In this document: one piece after another, positions 38,401 through 48,910 of the stretch
Layout of the letters: the number at the start of each line of letters is the position of its first letter
Numbering within the stretch: the first letter of the stretch is position 1
Source of the DNA: Candidatus Planktophila sp.
GTDB taxonomy: Bacteria; Actinomycetota; Actinomycetes; Nanopelagicales; Nanopelagicaceae
NCBI GenBank assembly: GCA_044340015.1
Contig: JBIIUL010000001.1
Coordinates: 1,151 to 65,150 of the forward strand
DNA: 64,000 nt
Direction of reading: 5' to 3'
Made by a program: the position numbers and the translations under genes
The notes under the pieces: model-generated
The model's database searches: none
The model's input: only the letters and a program-made list of their open reading frames with translations
What the model was told of the DNA's origin: nothing

Positions 38401-38557
38401 TTGGGGGACCTTCATAGAAAGTCCAAGGTTGCGCACCTTCTCTTGCTTGGGTGCTTGCCTCGAAAATAGAATTAGCGCGCCAGAAATCTAGGATCGAACG
38501 CTCCATACCTGGGAGGTCGATCGCAGCGGGAATCGGGCGCATCTTTGGAGAATTCAT
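35438..38557 (-). CDS. ileS: Isoleucyl-tRNA synthetase, type 2
   Basis: GPPTANG.PGTHH, GWDCHGLP, DWALSRNRFWGTP, EAIDQTRGWF, KMSKH. Confidence 0.97.
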   Translation of the reverse strand: MNSPKMRPIPAAIDLPGMERSILDFWRANSIFEASTQAREGAQPWTFYEGPPTANGMPGTHHIEARVFKDVFPRYQTMKGKYVTRKAGWDCHGLPVEIAVEKELGFSGKGDIEKYGIAAFNDKCRESVTRHVDAFTTMTNRMGFWVDFDQAYWTMAPEYVESVWWSLKEIWKKGLLVQDHRVAPYCPRCGTGLSDHELAQGYETVTDPSVYVRFPVTSGELADLGAALLVWTTTPWTLVSNTAVAVHPDVDYAVAEVVVEENREVLVVAEALLGALTGDVKVLKVIKGRDLERVTYKRPLDLIEIPDSHFIVLATYVTTEDGTGLVHQSPAFGADDLAVCRGYGLPVVNPIAPDGKFLADVPLVGGVFFKEADKTLVKELKSRGVLYKHQPFEHPYPHCWRCHTALIYYAQPSWYIRTTSIKDELIRENAKTDWHPETIKTGRYGDWLNNNIDWALSRNRFWGTPLPIWRCEDKHEVCVDSLAELGALAGQELSNLDPHRPFVDDITFPCAQCSKVMNRVPEVIDCWYDSGAMPFAQWGYPHKPGSVEKFKAAYPADFICEAIDQTRGWFYTLMTIGTLVFDQSSYKSVLCLGHILDKDGRKMSKHLGNVLEPISLMDQHGADAVRWYMLAAGSPWSARRVGHDAISDVVRKTLLTYWNTISFHTLYAEASGFELSQSPAIKDRSLMDKWIISELNALVQEVDRSYSEFDSQNAGKALARFIDDLSNWYVRRSRRRFWDGDVAALATLHECLVTLTQLLAPMVPFISEHVWQELVKVADPSAAASVHLTDFPIADTSLINLDLNAQVAMTRRVVELGRSARAESAIKIRQPLQRALISANGWSTLPSEMKEQIADELNVIDLADIADADGDLVDISVKANFKSLGAKFGKEVQDIAKAISATDATDLVKGLRKSGSAKVGTWEIDLADLVVTEVPKSGWMVASHDGESVALDLALTPELIEAGNVREVIRFIQERRKSDGFEISDRISVRWNAEQSVVAAINSAQAHISEEVLALEFVRDETLATSENDLGIEVVLAKA

Positions 38558-38663
38558 AAGGAGGCGAGTCTAACGCCCGCCTTGCTGAGAACTGTTCAAG
38601 AATTTGTGCGGGCTCTGAGTGGCAGAGTTGGTGGCGCGTGGAAAAGGGCATAAGGTGCGCGGC

Positions 38664-39452
38664 GTGCCAGCAAAAAAGAAGACCGTGAAGAAGCCAGTAA
38701 AGAAGGCGGCCCAGCCAAAAAAGGCGCCTGCTAAGAAAGCTCCGGCGAAAAAATCTCCTGCAAAGAAGGCTGCAGTAAAGAAGACAACAGCCAAGAAAGT
38801 TGCAAAGAAGGCACCTGTTAAAAAATCTCCTGCAAAGAAGGCCGCTGTTAAGAAAGCGCCAGTTCGACCTTTCCCTTCTAAGGCTGGAAAGACAACTCTT
38901 ACCGTTGATGAAAAATCTCAAACCGTTAGCGTTGCAACAGTTGTTGCGCCAGTTGCTGCACCGGTAATTGAAGAACGCCGTCTAGTAATGCCCCCACCTC
39001 CACGCCCAGTGAAGAGTGGAAAGAAAGTTGCACCGCTAAAACCAATCAAAGCAGCGCCAACTCCAGTAACCGCCAGCGAAGGTGAAGCCCCTTGGTCGGC
39101 TGCAGAGTTAAAGGCAGTTCGCACTGAAATCTCCGCCGATCTTGAACGCCTGCGCCGCGAACTTGCAGAAGTTGAAGCCGAAATGGATGAGTTGATTTCA
39201 GAATCCGGTGAAGGCGCTGGAGACGATCAAGCAGATTCAGGTACCAAAACTTTTGAACGCGAACATGAGATGTCTCTTGTCATCAATGCGCGCGATATGG
39301 TCTTGCAGACCGAACGAGCTCTAGATCGCATCGACAATAAAACTTATGGAAATTGCGAAGAGTGCGGTAGCCCAATCGGTAAAGCGCGCCTACAAGTATT
39401 TCCACGCGCGACCCTCTGCATGATCTGTAAGCAGAAGGAAGAGCGGCGCTAA
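38664..39452 (+). CDS. DksA/TraR C4 zinc-finger protein with histone-like N-terminus (DdbA-like)
   Basis: PAKK/AKK repeats, coiled coil with DDQADSG tip, CEEC...CMIC. TAAGGT-7nt-GTG start at 38664. Confidence 0.9.
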   Translation: MPAKKKTVKKPVKKAAQPKKAPAKKAPAKKSPAKKAAVKKTTAKKVAKKAPVKKSPAKKAAVKKAPVRPFPSKAGKTTLTVDEKSQTVSVATVVAPVAAPVIEERRLVMPPPPRPVKSGKKVAPLKPIKAAPTPVTASEGEAPWSAAELKAVRTEISADLERLRRELAEVEAEMDELISESGEGAGDDQADSGTKTFEREHEMSLVINARDMVLQTERALDRIDNKTYGNCEECGSPIGKARLQVFPRATLCMICKQKEERR

Positions 39453-39453
39453 G

Positions 39454-39999
39454 GTGCGCCCAGCCTCACACTCTAATTTCGGTAAGGCAAAGTTTGCTTT
39501 GTTAAAACGCCTCTATTTCATCGCCTGGGTCATCTGGCTAATTGATTTTGCTACTAAGACTTGGGCGATCGCTAATTTAGATCCCCGAGATCCAATCAAA
39601 TTAATTGGGTCCTTTCTGCAGTTAACCTTGGTAAAAAACTCTGGCGCAGCATTTAGCTTTGCCACAGGTGCAACTCTCATCCTTTCCATATTTGCTTGCT
39701 GCGTAGTAGCGGCGATCGCTTACTACGCGCCAAAGATCACCTCAAAGGGATGGGCGATTGTGATCGGTCTAGCCCTAGGCGGGATTTTAGGAAACTTATC
39801 TGATCGCATATTTCGCGCACCGGGCTTCTTTACCGGCCATGTTATCGACTGGATTGAGATACCAAATTGGCCGGTATTTAACATCGCAGATAGCGCTATT
39901 GTGGTTGCAACAGCGATCGCAGTGATCCTGTCAATCAAGAATATTGCTCCGATAGAACCAGCCATTGGTGAGAAAAAAGAGAATTCCGAGGAGGCGTAA
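39454..39999 (+). CDS. lspA: Lipoprotein signal peptidase
   Basis: NSGAAFS, GNLSDRI, VIDWI, FNIADS. Exact start uncertain. Confidence 0.94.
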   Translation: MRPASHSNFGKAKFALLKRLYFIAWVIWLIDFATKTWAIANLDPRDPIKLIGSFLQLTLVKNSGAAFSFATGATLILSIFACCVVAAIAYYAPKITSKGWAIVIGLALGGILGNLSDRIFRAPGFFTGHVIDWIEIPNWPVFNIADSAIVVATAIAVILSIKNIAPIEPAIGEKKENSEEA

Positions 40000-40938
40000 A
40001 TGTCACGCGAAGCGCGCACATTAAGCGTTCCTGAAGGAGTTGCGGGCGAGCGAATAGATAGCGCCCTGACACGAGTCCTTGGCCTTTCGCGCACTGCAAT
40101 TGTAAAACTTCTCGAAGATGGCGACATCACAACTTCTGGTCGTGCGATGGCTAAGTCAGAGCGCGTAATCAGCGGACAAGTTATCGATGTCCTGATGCCA
40201 GAACCTCTGAACCAAGATCCAATTCCGCTTACTCCACTTGATGGGCTGCTCGTTGTTTATGATGACGAACATATTGTTGTAGTTGATAAGCCGGTTGGTT
40301 GTGCCGCGCACCCAAGCCCAGGATGGATGGGGCCAACAGTTGTCGGAGCGCTGATGGCTGCTGGTTACACGATTTCAACATCGGGTCCTGCTGAACGAGC
40401 AGGCATTGTTCATCGCTTAGATGTTGGCACAAGTGGGCTAATGATCGTTGCAAAAACTGACGTTGCTTACACTCGATTGAAAGAAGCATTCCGAAACCAC
40501 GAAGTGGAAAAGACTTATCACGCACTCGTGCAAGGACATATGGATCCAGTCTCCGGAACTATTGATGCACCAATTGATCGCCATCCGAAAGAAGATCATC
40601 GCTTCGCAGTCATCGCCGAAGGCAAAGAGAGCATCACCCACTACGAAGTTATCGAGTTCTATCGCTCAGTCTCACTCGTAAAGGTTGAATTAGAAACCGG
40701 TCGCACCCATCAAATTCGCGTGCATTTTTCTGCGTTAAATCACCCACTTGTGGGGGATACAACTTATGGCGCAGATCCAGTCCTTGGTAAATCGTTAGCC
40801 ATGTCACGTCCTTGGTTGCACGCGCTTGAACTTCGCTTTAAACATCCCGTCTCATCCGAGGAACTCGTTCTCAACGCTCCCTATGCACCTGACCTTCAGG
40901 CTTGCTTGGCGTTGCTATCCGAGGCTGTTCTGCCGTAA
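40000..40938 (+). CDS. rluD: RluA/RluD-family pseudouridine synthase
   Basis: S4-like N-terminus, GIVHRLDVGTSG, TGRTHQIRVH. Confidence 0.92.
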   Translation: MSREARTLSVPEGVAGERIDSALTRVLGLSRTAIVKLLEDGDITTSGRAMAKSERVISGQVIDVLMPEPLNQDPIPLTPLDGLLVVYDDEHIVVVDKPVGCAAHPSPGWMGPTVVGALMAAGYTISTSGPAERAGIVHRLDVGTSGLMIVAKTDVAYTRLKEAFRNHEVEKTYHALVQGHMDPVSGTIDAPIDRHPKEDHRFAVIAEGKESITHYEVIEFYRSVSLVKVELETGRTHQIRVHFSALNHPLVGDTTYGADPVLGKSLAMSRPWLHALELRFKHPVSSEELVLNAPYAPDLQACLALLSEAVLP

Positions 40939-40957
40939 CGACTAATCTTGTGCAACT

Positions 40958-43900
40958 GTGACAACCGAAAACCCAACCCAGCCAAAAGCGAGTAAAGATT
41001 CTTTTGTGCACCTCCATGTGCACACTGAGTATTCAATGCTTGACGGTGCCGCGCGTATTGGCGATCTTGTAGAAGAGGTTGCCCGTCAAGAAATGCCGGC
41101 GATCGCAATGACCGATCATGGAAATGTTTTTGGCGCATTTGATTTCTACAAGCAAGCGGTAAAAGTTGGCGTTAAACCAATTATCGGCATCGAAGCCTAC
41201 ATCGCTCCAGAATCGCGCTTTGATAAGAAGAAAGTGCAATGGGCTGAAGGTGGAGATGACGATGTCTCAGGCGGCGGCGCATATACCCATATGACTATCC
41301 TGGCTGAGAACAATCATGGTCTAGCTAATTTATTTAAACTCTCTTCGCTTGCTTCCCTTGAAGGTTATTACTACAAGCCGCGCATGGACCGTGAACTACT
41401 CTCTAAATATGCCGATGGCTTAATTGCCACCACCGGTTGCCCGGGCGGAGAAATCCAAACTCGTCTACGCATGGGCAATTACAAAGAAGCGATGCGCGCA
41501 GCAAGTGATTACCGAGATATCTTCGGCGCCCATAACTTCTTCCTTGAACTAATGGACCATGGCATTGATGTTGAAACCCGCGTTAAAGAAGACCTCATAA
41601 AACTTGGCCGTGAACTTAAGCTTCCGTTGCTTGCCACAAATGACCTGCACTACACCCGCCATGAAGATGCCTCCGCCCATGCCGCCCTGCTCTGTGTTCA
41701 ATCTGGTAGCACGCTGGCTGATCCAAAGCGGTTTAAATTTGATAACGATGAGTTCTATCTTAAAACTCCAGCGCAGATGCGTGAATTATTTAAAGATCTC
41801 CCAGATGCTTGCGATAACACCTTACTAATCGCCGAGCGTTGCAATGTAAAACTTCGTGAAGGTGAAAATCTCATGCCCGCTTTTGCAGTGCCGCAGGGCG
41901 AGACCGAAGATTCTTGGTTACGTAAAGAAGCAGAACGCGGATTGGTTACGCGTTTTGGAGATAAGGCAACAGATGCTCACCGCATTCGTCTGAATTACGA
42001 ACTCGATGTCATGGCCAATATGGGATTTCCTGGTTACTTCCTTGTTGTTGCAGATTTAGTTGCACATGCTAAGAAAGTTGGAATCCGCGTTGGCCCTGGT
42101 CGTGGCTCTGCTGCTGGTTCGCTAGTTGCCTACTCACTCGGGATCACAGGACTTGATCCGATTGAACACGGCTTACTCTTTGAGCGCTTCTTGAATCCAG
42201 AACGTATCTCTATGCCAGATATCGATCTCGACTTCGATGAACGTCGTCGCAGCGAGATGATCCGTTATGCAACCGAGAAATACGGCGAAGATCGCGTAGC
42301 TCAGATCATCACCTACGGAACAATTAAATCGAAACAATCAATTAAAGATGCCACCCGCGTACTTGGCTACCCATATGTAATCGGTGAAAAGCTAACAAAA
42401 GCGCTGCCACCCTCAGTTATGGGCAAAGATATTTCACTCTCTGGCGTCTTTGATTCACAAGATTCTCGTCACGGAGAAGCTGGTGAATTTCGCGAGCTCT
42501 ACAACACCGATCCTGATTCAAAGATGGTCGTTGATTTAGCGCGCGGACTTGAAGGTCTTAAGCGCCAATGGGGAGTCCACGCTGCCGGTGTGATCCTTTC
42601 GCGTGAACCACTTCTTGATGTAATCCCAATTCATCGCCGCGAAGCCGATGGCGCAATCATCACGCAATTCGATATGGGAGCCTGCGAATCAACTGGTTTG
42701 TTGAAGATGGATTTCTTAGGTCTTCGAAACTTATCTGTATTAGATGATGCGCTCTTAAATATTAAAGAGAATCAAGGCATCGATGTAGTACTCGAAGACC
42801 TACCTCTGGCAGATCAAAAGACATTCGAACTCTTATCTCGCGGTGACACACTTGGCGTATTTCAGCTCGATGGTGGGCCGATGCGCGCACTCCTTCGCAG
42901 CATGGCGCCAGATTCTTTTGCCGATATTTCAGCGGTTATCGCGCTCTACCGCCCTGGACCAATGGGGGAAAATGCGCACAATAACTATGCCGATCGTAAG
43001 AATGGTCGTAAACCAGTTGAGCCAATCCACCCAGAGCTCTCTGAAGTTCTCCAAGAAATTTTGGGAGATACCTATGGCTTAATTGTTTATCAGGAACAGG
43101 TGATGGCGATCGCCCAGAAGGTTGCGGGATTCTCACTCGGTCGTGCAGATCTCTTACGTAAGGCGATGGGTAAGAAGAATAAGGAAATTCTTGATAAGGA
43201 ATACATTCCCTTTGAAGCGGGTATGAAAGAAAATGGTTTCTCAACTGCAGCGATTAAGCGCCTTTGGGATGTTCTTATTCCCTTCTCTGACTACGCATTT
43301 AACCGCGCGCATAGCGCGGGTTATGGTGTTGTCTCATTCTGGACCGGATATCTCAAGGCAAATTATCCAACCGAATATATGGCTGCCCTGCTCACCAGCG
43401 TGCGCGATGATAAAGATAAGTCAGCGCTTTACTTATCTGAATGTCGCCGCATGGGTATCAAGGTTCTCCCACCTGATGTCAACGAATCAAATGCTGAATA
43501 CACACCTCGCGGGAAAGATATCCGCTTCGGGTTAGCCGCTATCCGCAACGTCGGTGAAGGCGTTGTCGCATCGATTAAATCTGCGCGTACAACAAAGGGT
43601 TCATTTACCTCATTCGGTGATTTCCTCGCCAAAGTTGACGCTCAAGTTTGTAATAAGAAAACGATCGAATCTCTCATTAAAGGTGGGGCGTTTGATTCGC
43701 TCCAGCACCCGCGTAAGGCGCTAATGTCAGTTCACCTAGAAGCAATTGATTCCGTTATCGAAACTAAGCGCGCTGAAGCGATCGGTCAATTCGATCTCTT
43801 TGGTGGCGAGTCGCTGACTCAAGTTTCAGGTCTCGAGATTGAGATTCCTAACTTCGAGTGGGATAAATCAACGCTACTCAGCTTTGAACGAGAGATGCTC

Positions 43901-44491
43901 GGCCTCTATGTTTCAGATCATCCACTTCTTGGCGTGGAACATATCTTGCGCTCCAATACGGATATGTCCATTAGCGCGCTACAAAGTGATGAGAGCACAC
44001 CAGATGGCATGGTCACTTTGGGCGGTTTGATTACTGGCGTACAGCGCAAAGTCTCTCGACAAGGTTCATCTTGGGCGATCGTCAGCCTGGAAGATCTTGA
44101 AGGCGCTATCGAAGTTCTCTTCTTCTCAAATACCTATAACCAGTACGCACTTACCTTGATTGAAGATCGCGTTGTAACAGTTCGTGGTCGATTCGAACGT
44201 CGCGATGAAGTTCTGCGCTTTACTGCACTCGAAATGAAGTCGCTCGATGTTTCGACTGGGCCAGTTGGTCCGCTCTTAATCTCTTTACCTATTGCGCAGT
44301 GCACTCCGCCGGTTGTTGATCGTATGAAGGAAATTCTGCGTTCTCATCCTGGAAAACGTGAAGTACATATGCAGATCGATGACCAAGGCGTACTAACAAC
44401 TATGAAGATCGATGCACTCGTAACAGCATCCCCAAGTTTGAGCGCAGATCTGAAATCTATCTTGGGGCCCGACTGCTTAGTTCGAATGTGA
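40958..44491 (+). CDS. dnaE: Replicative DNA polymerase III alpha subunit
   Basis: Intact PHP motif (HLHVHTEYSMLDG), GRGSAAGS, MPDIDLDF, KMDFLG, QFDLF clamp motif. Confidence 0.98.
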   Translation: MTTENPTQPKASKDSFVHLHVHTEYSMLDGAARIGDLVEEVARQEMPAIAMTDHGNVFGAFDFYKQAVKVGVKPIIGIEAYIAPESRFDKKKVQWAEGGDDDVSGGGAYTHMTILAENNHGLANLFKLSSLASLEGYYYKPRMDRELLSKYADGLIATTGCPGGEIQTRLRMGNYKEAMRAASDYRDIFGAHNFFLELMDHGIDVETRVKEDLIKLGRELKLPLLATNDLHYTRHEDASAHAALLCVQSGSTLADPKRFKFDNDEFYLKTPAQMRELFKDLPDACDNTLLIAERCNVKLREGENLMPAFAVPQGETEDSWLRKEAERGLVTRFGDKATDAHRIRLNYELDVMANMGFPGYFLVVADLVAHAKKVGIRVGPGRGSAAGSLVAYSLGITGLDPIEHGLLFERFLNPERISMPDIDLDFDERRRSEMIRYATEKYGEDRVAQIITYGTIKSKQSIKDATRVLGYPYVIGEKLTKALPPSVMGKDISLSGVFDSQDSRHGEAGEFRELYNTDPDSKMVVDLARGLEGLKRQWGVHAAGVILSREPLLDVIPIHRREADGAIITQFDMGACESTGLLKMDFLGLRNLSVLDDALLNIKENQGIDVVLEDLPLADQKTFELLSRGDTLGVFQLDGGPMRALLRSMAPDSFADISAVIALYRPGPMGENAHNNYADRKNGRKPVEPIHPELSEVLQEILGDTYGLIVYQEQVMAIAQKVAGFSLGRADLLRKAMGKKNKEILDKEYIPFEAGMKENGFSTAAIKRLWDVLIPFSDYAFNRAHSAGYGVVSFWTGYLKANYPTEYMAALLTSVRDDKDKSALYLSECRRMGIKVLPPDVNESNAEYTPRGKDIRFGLAAIRNVGEGVVASIKSARTTKGSFTSFGDFLAKVDAQVCNKKTIESLIKGGAFDSLQHPRKALMSVHLEAIDSVIETKRAEAIGQFDLFGGESLTQVSGLEIEIPNFEWDKSTLLSFEREMLGLYVSDHPLLGVEHILRSNTDMSISALQSDESTPDGMVTLGGLITGVQRKVSRQGSSWAIVSLEDLEGAIEVLFFSNTYNQYALTLIEDRVVTVRGRFERRDEVLRFTALEMKSLDVSTGPVGPLLISLPIAQCTPPVVDRMKEILRSHPGKREVHMQIDDQGVLTTMKIDALVTASPSLSADLKSILGPDCLVRM

Positions 44492-44537
44492 TTTATTGGC
44501 CGCGCCTCGAAGAGGTGGCAGCCGTTAGACTTGCTCC

Positions 44538-45845
44538 ATGATTCGCTCGCTTGATCTCCGCGGTAAAGCTCTCACCAAAGCGGGCTATCAGAAAGCGATT
44601 CCGCGAGCAGCCTTGGATATCGCCGCAGCTCTTATCTCTATCGAACCAATTCTGCAGAAAGTTAAATCAGGTACCGAAGCAGATTTACTGCAACTGGCCG
44701 AAGAATTCGATGGCGTTCGACCACAGTCAATCCGCGTTCCGCAATCTGCTTTAGATAAAGCTCTTGCCGATTTAGACCCAAAGATTCGCGCCGCTCTAGA
44801 ACTATCGGCCGAGCGAATCCGTAAAGTTCACAACGATCAAACCCGCGGCGTTACAACGACCACGGTCGTTGACGGGGGAGTTGTTACCGAGCGCTGGATC
44901 CCAGTCGATCGCGTCGGACTTTATGTTCCAGGCGGTCGCGCCGTATACCCAAGTAGCGTCTTAATGAATGTGATTCCGGCACAGATTGCAAAAGTTTCCA
45001 GCATTGCTGTTGCATCACCGCCACAGAAAGAGTTTGGTGGACTTCCACATCCAACAATTCTTGCCGCTTGTGCACTCCTCGGTATCACTGAGGTTTATGC
45101 AGTTGGTGGGGCACAAGCGATCGCGCTCTTTGCCTATGGCATGGATGGACTTTGCGAGAAATGTGATTTGGTCACAGGACCAGGAAATATTTATGTGGCT
45201 GCCGCAAAGCGCACACTGCGTGGGGTAATTGGGATCGACTCAGAAGCCGGCCCAACTGAGATTGCAATCTTGGCTGATGAAACTGCTCGTGCGGCAGATG
45301 TCGCGGCAGATCTAATTAGCCAGGCTGAGCACGATGTAATCGCTGCCGCTGTTCTAGTAACAACATCTGAAAAATTAGCAGCTAGCGTTATTACGGAGTT
45401 ACAAGTCAGGGTCGCGAAGACGAAGCACTCAGCCAGAATCCGTGAAGCCCTTTCCGGTATTCAATCTGCCATCGTTTTGGTTGATTCAATCGAACAAGGT
45501 TTAGATGTTGTAAATGCTTATGCCGCAGAACACTTAGAGATCCAAACCCAGAACGCTGCGCAAGATGCGTTGAAAATTCGTAATGCTGGTGCTGTCTTTA
45601 TTGGACGCTTCTCACCAGTGTCACTTGGCGATTATTCAGCCGGTTCAAATCACGTACTTCCAACAGGTGGATGCGCCTGCCACAGTAGTGGGCTATCGGT
45701 ACAAACCTTCTTACGCGGGTTGCACTACATCGAATATTCACAGCAAGCATTTATAGATATTTCACAGACTGTCATCACTCTTGCGAATTCAGAAGATTTG
45801 CCAGCACATGGTGAAGCGATGACTGCGCGTTTGGAAGAGCTATGA
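44538..45845 (+). CDS. hisD: Histidinol dehydrogenase
   Basis: GLYVPGG, GPGN.YV, AGPTE, SQAEHD, AEHLE, GDY.AG.NHVLPT. TAGACT-6nt-ATG leaderless start. Confidence 0.97.
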   Translation: MIRSLDLRGKALTKAGYQKAIPRAALDIAAALISIEPILQKVKSGTEADLLQLAEEFDGVRPQSIRVPQSALDKALADLDPKIRAALELSAERIRKVHNDQTRGVTTTTVVDGGVVTERWIPVDRVGLYVPGGRAVYPSSVLMNVIPAQIAKVSSIAVASPPQKEFGGLPHPTILAACALLGITEVYAVGGAQAIALFAYGMDGLCEKCDLVTGPGNIYVAAAKRTLRGVIGIDSEAGPTEIAILADETARAADVAADLISQAEHDVIAAAVLVTTSEKLAASVITELQVRVAKTKHSARIREALSGIQSAIVLVDSIEQGLDVVNAYAAEHLEIQTQNAAQDALKIRNAGAVFIGRFSPVSLGDYSAGSNHVLPTGGCACHSSGLSVQTFLRGLHYIEYSQQAFIDISQTVITLANSEDLPAHGEAMTARLEEL

Positions 45846-46942
45846 GCGCTAAGCAATGGCCACTTTGGCTGCCACTTCGCGATGATTTAACTTCTCTTTC
45901 ACCATACGGAGCACCACAAGTTCCAGCAGAGGCAACGTTAAATACCAACGAGAATCCTTATGCGCCATCTCCCGAACTCGCACAAGCGATCGCCGACCGC
46001 GTTCACAGGGTTGCCACAACTTTAAATCGCTATCCAGATCGTGATGCCACAGTTCTGCGCACCTCCCTGGGCAAATTTATAAATACTCTATCTGGCACAA
46101 ATTTCACAGCAGATTCAATTTGGGCAGCCAATGGCAGTAACGAGATTATTCAATCTCTCTTTATGGCTTTTGGAGATCGTGGTGCACTGGGATTTACTCC
46201 CTCGTATTCCATGCATCCGCTAATTGCTAGGGTAATTGGCGTTACTTGGCAAGATGGGGGACGCCGCGCAGATTTCACTTTAGATACCGCCAAAGCAATC
46301 TCAGAAATTGCGGAAAAGAAACCAGCGCTAACTTTCGTGACGACCCCAAATAATCCAACCGGCACCCTTCTAAAGATTGCTGAGATTGAAGAACTCGCAA
46401 AGGCAACGGCACGAGTTAACGGGTTGCTTGTTATCGACGAGGCTTATGCAGAATTTTCTAGTGAAATATCTGCCGTTACGTTAATTGAAAAGTATCCAAA
46501 TGTGGCTGTGATCCGGACTATGAGTAAAGCTTTCGCCTTCGCAGGGGCGCGTGTAGGTTATTTGGTCGCCAACCCAGAAGTTATCGATGCAATGTATTTA
46601 GTTCGTCTTCCATATCACCTGAGTGCAATTACTCAGGCGGCGGCCGAGGTAGCGCTGGAGTATCAAGGTGAACTGCTAGGAACTGTCGCCACCCTCATAG
46701 AATCTCGCAAGAAGGTAGTCACCACCCTCGAATCTATGGGACTGACTGTTGCTCCAAGCAGCGCAAACTTCATCATCTTCTCAGGATTTAACTTAGAGCC
46801 AGCCCAGATCTGGCGCCAACTTCTCGATCGCGGTGTTCTGATTAGAGATGTGGGATTATTAGGGCACTTGCGTATGACCATTGGCAATGAGGCCGAGAAT
46901 CAGAAATTTATTGGCGCCTTAAAAGAGATTTTGCAGAAGTAA
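45842..46942 (+). CDS. hisC: Histidinol-phosphate aminotransferase
   Basis: [35 protein letters not shown]. Confidence 0.96.
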   Translation: MSAKQWPLWLPLRDDLTSLSPYGAPQVPAEATLNTNENPYAPSPELAQAIADRVHRVATTLNRYPDRDATVLRTSLGKFINTLSGTNFTADSIWAANGSNEIIQSLFMAFGDRGALGFTPSYSMHPLIARVIGVTWQDGGRRADFTLDTAKAISEIAEKKPALTFVTTPNNPTGTLLKIAEIEELAKATARVNGLLVIDEAYAEFSSEISAVTLIEKYPNVAVIRTMSKAFAFAGARVGYLVANPEVIDAMYLVRLPYHLSAITQAAAEVALEYQGELLGTVATLIESRKKVVTTLESMGLTVAPSSANFIIFSGFNLEPAQIWRQLLDRGVLIRDVGLLGHLRMTIGNEAENQKFIGALKEILQK

Positions 46943-46971
46943 TTGAATACGAAGCTAATGGAGATAATCAG

Positions 46972-47556
46972 ATGAGAACAGCCCGTGTAGAACGTAAAAC
47001 TAAAGAGTCTCACGTACTCGTTGAGTTAAACCTTGATGGCGTCGGTGAGATCTCAGTAGATACCGGAGTTCCATTCTTTGATCACATGCTCTCGCAACTC
47101 GGAAAGCACTCTGGTTTCAATCTCACGGTAAAGACAACTGGAGATATCGATGTGGATTCACACCACACAGTCGAAGATTCATCTCTGGCATTCGGACAAG
47201 CACTTCGCGAAGCACTTGGCGACAAGATCGGCATCCGTCGCTTTGGCGATGCCATGGTTCCACTTGATGAAGTACTAGTTCAGGCAGCGGTAGATCTTTC
47301 GGGTCGCCCATATTTAGTCCATCGCCAACCAGAAATCGTTGAATTGATCGGGACCTTTGATACAACTCTCGGCAAGCACATCTGGGAGTCAATCGTTGCT
47401 GAAGCTCGCATCGCGCTTCACGTGCGCGTACTTGAGGGTCGCAATGCGCACCACGTCTTCGAAGCGCAGTTTAAAGCGGTAGCACGAGCACTTCGCGATG
47501 CAGTATCACTTGATGGCGGAATCGCAGGAGTTCCTTCAACAAAAGGTTCACTTTAA
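46972..47556 (+). CDS. hisB: Imidazoleglycerol-phosphate dehydratase
   Basis: FFDHML, HHTVED, NAHH..EA.FKA, PSTKG. Confidence 0.97.
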   Translation: MRTARVERKTKESHVLVELNLDGVGEISVDTGVPFFDHMLSQLGKHSGFNLTVKTTGDIDVDSHHTVEDSSLAFGQALREALGDKIGIRRFGDAMVPLDEVLVQAAVDLSGRPYLVHRQPEIVELIGTFDTTLGKHIWESIVAEARIALHVRVLEGRNAHHVFEAQFKAVARALRDAVSLDGGIAGVPSTKGSL

Positions 47557-47558
47557 TA

Positions 47559-48161
47559 GTGATTGCAATCCTTGATTATGGATCTGGAAATCTAAGGTCG
47601 GCGCAGCGAGCTTTTGAGCGCAGCGGTAAAGAGGTTGTAGTTACCTCCGATCGCGACATTGCACTCAATGCGCAAGGCTTGGTTGTTCCAGGCGTCGGCG
47701 CTTTTGCGGCATGTATGCGCGGTTTAGTTGCAGTTGGGGGAGATGCGATTGTTCGCGAACGCCTTGCTAAGCAACGTCCGACTTTAGGAATCTGTGTTGG
47801 AATGCAAATTCTCTTCAGAGATGGCGATGAACATACCAACGGGCCACTGCACCAAGGCGTTAGCATCTGGGATGAGAGCATCACCAAGTTAGATGCGCCG
47901 ATATTGCCGCATATGGGTTGGAATACCGTAGAAGTCTCATCAAACTCGAACTTGTTTAAAGGAATAGAAGATCAATCCTTTTACTTCGTGCACTCTTATG
48001 CGGCAAAGAAGAGCGTTGGTATTGCACAGGCCTGGAGCACCCATAGCGAAAAGTTTTTGGCAGCAGTTGAAGATGGTGCGATCGCAGCGACACAATTTCA
48101 TCCTGAAAAATCTGGTGATGCTGGGCTTGCGTTGATTAAGAATTGGGTGGGAACGCTATGA
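47559..48161 (+). CDS. hisH: Imidazole glycerol phosphate synthase, glutaminase subunit
   Basis: [28 protein letters not shown]. Confidence 0.96.
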   Translation: MIAILDYGSGNLRSAQRAFERSGKEVVVTSDRDIALNAQGLVVPGVGAFAACMRGLVAVGGDAIVRERLAKQRPTLGICVGMQILFRDGDEHTNGPLHQGVSIWDESITKLDAPILPHMGWNTVEVSSNSNLFKGIEDQSFYFVHSYAAKKSVGIAQAWSTHSEKFLAAVEDGAIAATQFHPEKSGDAGLALIKNWVGTL

Positions 48162-48910
48162 CTACAAATAACCACCAAATAAATTATCTGGAGCTCCTGC
48201 CAGCAGTCGATGTCAAAGATGGCAAGGCAGTTCGCTTGGTACAAGGCGAGCTCGCACAAGAGAGCATCTATGGCGCACCACTTGAAGTTGCCCTCGAGTT
48301 TCAAGCAGCGGGTGCAGAATGGCTTCACTTAGTAGATCTAGATGCTGCCTTTGGTCGTGGTGAAAATACATTGCTACTTGCAGAAGTTGTGGGCCGTCTT
48401 GATATTAAAGTTGAACTCTCTGGCGGAATCCGCGATGACGAATCTTTAAAGCGCGCTCTTGCAACGGGGTGTACTCGTGTAAATCTAGGTACAGCAGCGC
48501 TAGAAAATCCAGAATGGACAGCGCGCGTGATTGCCGAACACGGAGATCGCATCGCAGTCGGTTTAGATGTTCGCGGACATGTGTTGGCTGCGCGCGGATG
48601 GACTAAAGAAGGCGGCGATCTCTTTGAAACGATCGAACGTCTAGAGCGAGATGGTTGCTCTCGTTACGTTGTTACAGATGTAACTAAAGATGGAACGCTA
48701 CAAGGTCCAAACCTGGAACTTCTTAAAGAGGTCTGCGCTGTTACCAAAAAGCCAGTAGTTGCCAGTGGAGGAATTTCATCTCTTGCAGATATCAAGGCGC
48801 TCTCTTCGCTTCACGCAATCGGAGTTGAAGGTGCAATTGTCGGTAAGGCACTTTATGCAGGTGCGTTCACTCTTCAAGAAGCGCTGGCGCTAACCAAAGG
48901 CACAAAGTAA
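48158..48910 (+). CDS. priA: Bifunctional HisA/TrpF isomerase PriA
   Basis: [36 protein letters not shown]. No separate trpF in the locus. Confidence 0.93.
   Translation: MTTNNHQINYLELLPAVDVKDGKAVRLVQGELAQESIYGAPLEVALEFQAAGAEWLHLVDLDAAFGRGENTLLLAEVVGRLDIKVELSGGIRDDESLKRALATGCTRVNLGTAALENPEWTARVIAEHGDRIAVGLDVRGHVLAARGWTKEGGDLFETIERLERDGCSRYVVTDVTKDGTLQGPNLELLKEVCAVTKKPVVASGGISSLADIKALSSLHAIGVEGAIVGKALYAGAFTLQEALALTKGTK

Noticed and set aside
38664-38860. Repeats that might suggest a CRISPR array or VNTR
   Set aside because: They are degenerate in-frame PAKK codon repeats with no unique spacers and no cas genes.
38472-38921. Phe/Leu/Cys-rich antisense ORFs
   Set aside because: Mirror of the Lys/Ala-repeat codons of the dksA-like gene.
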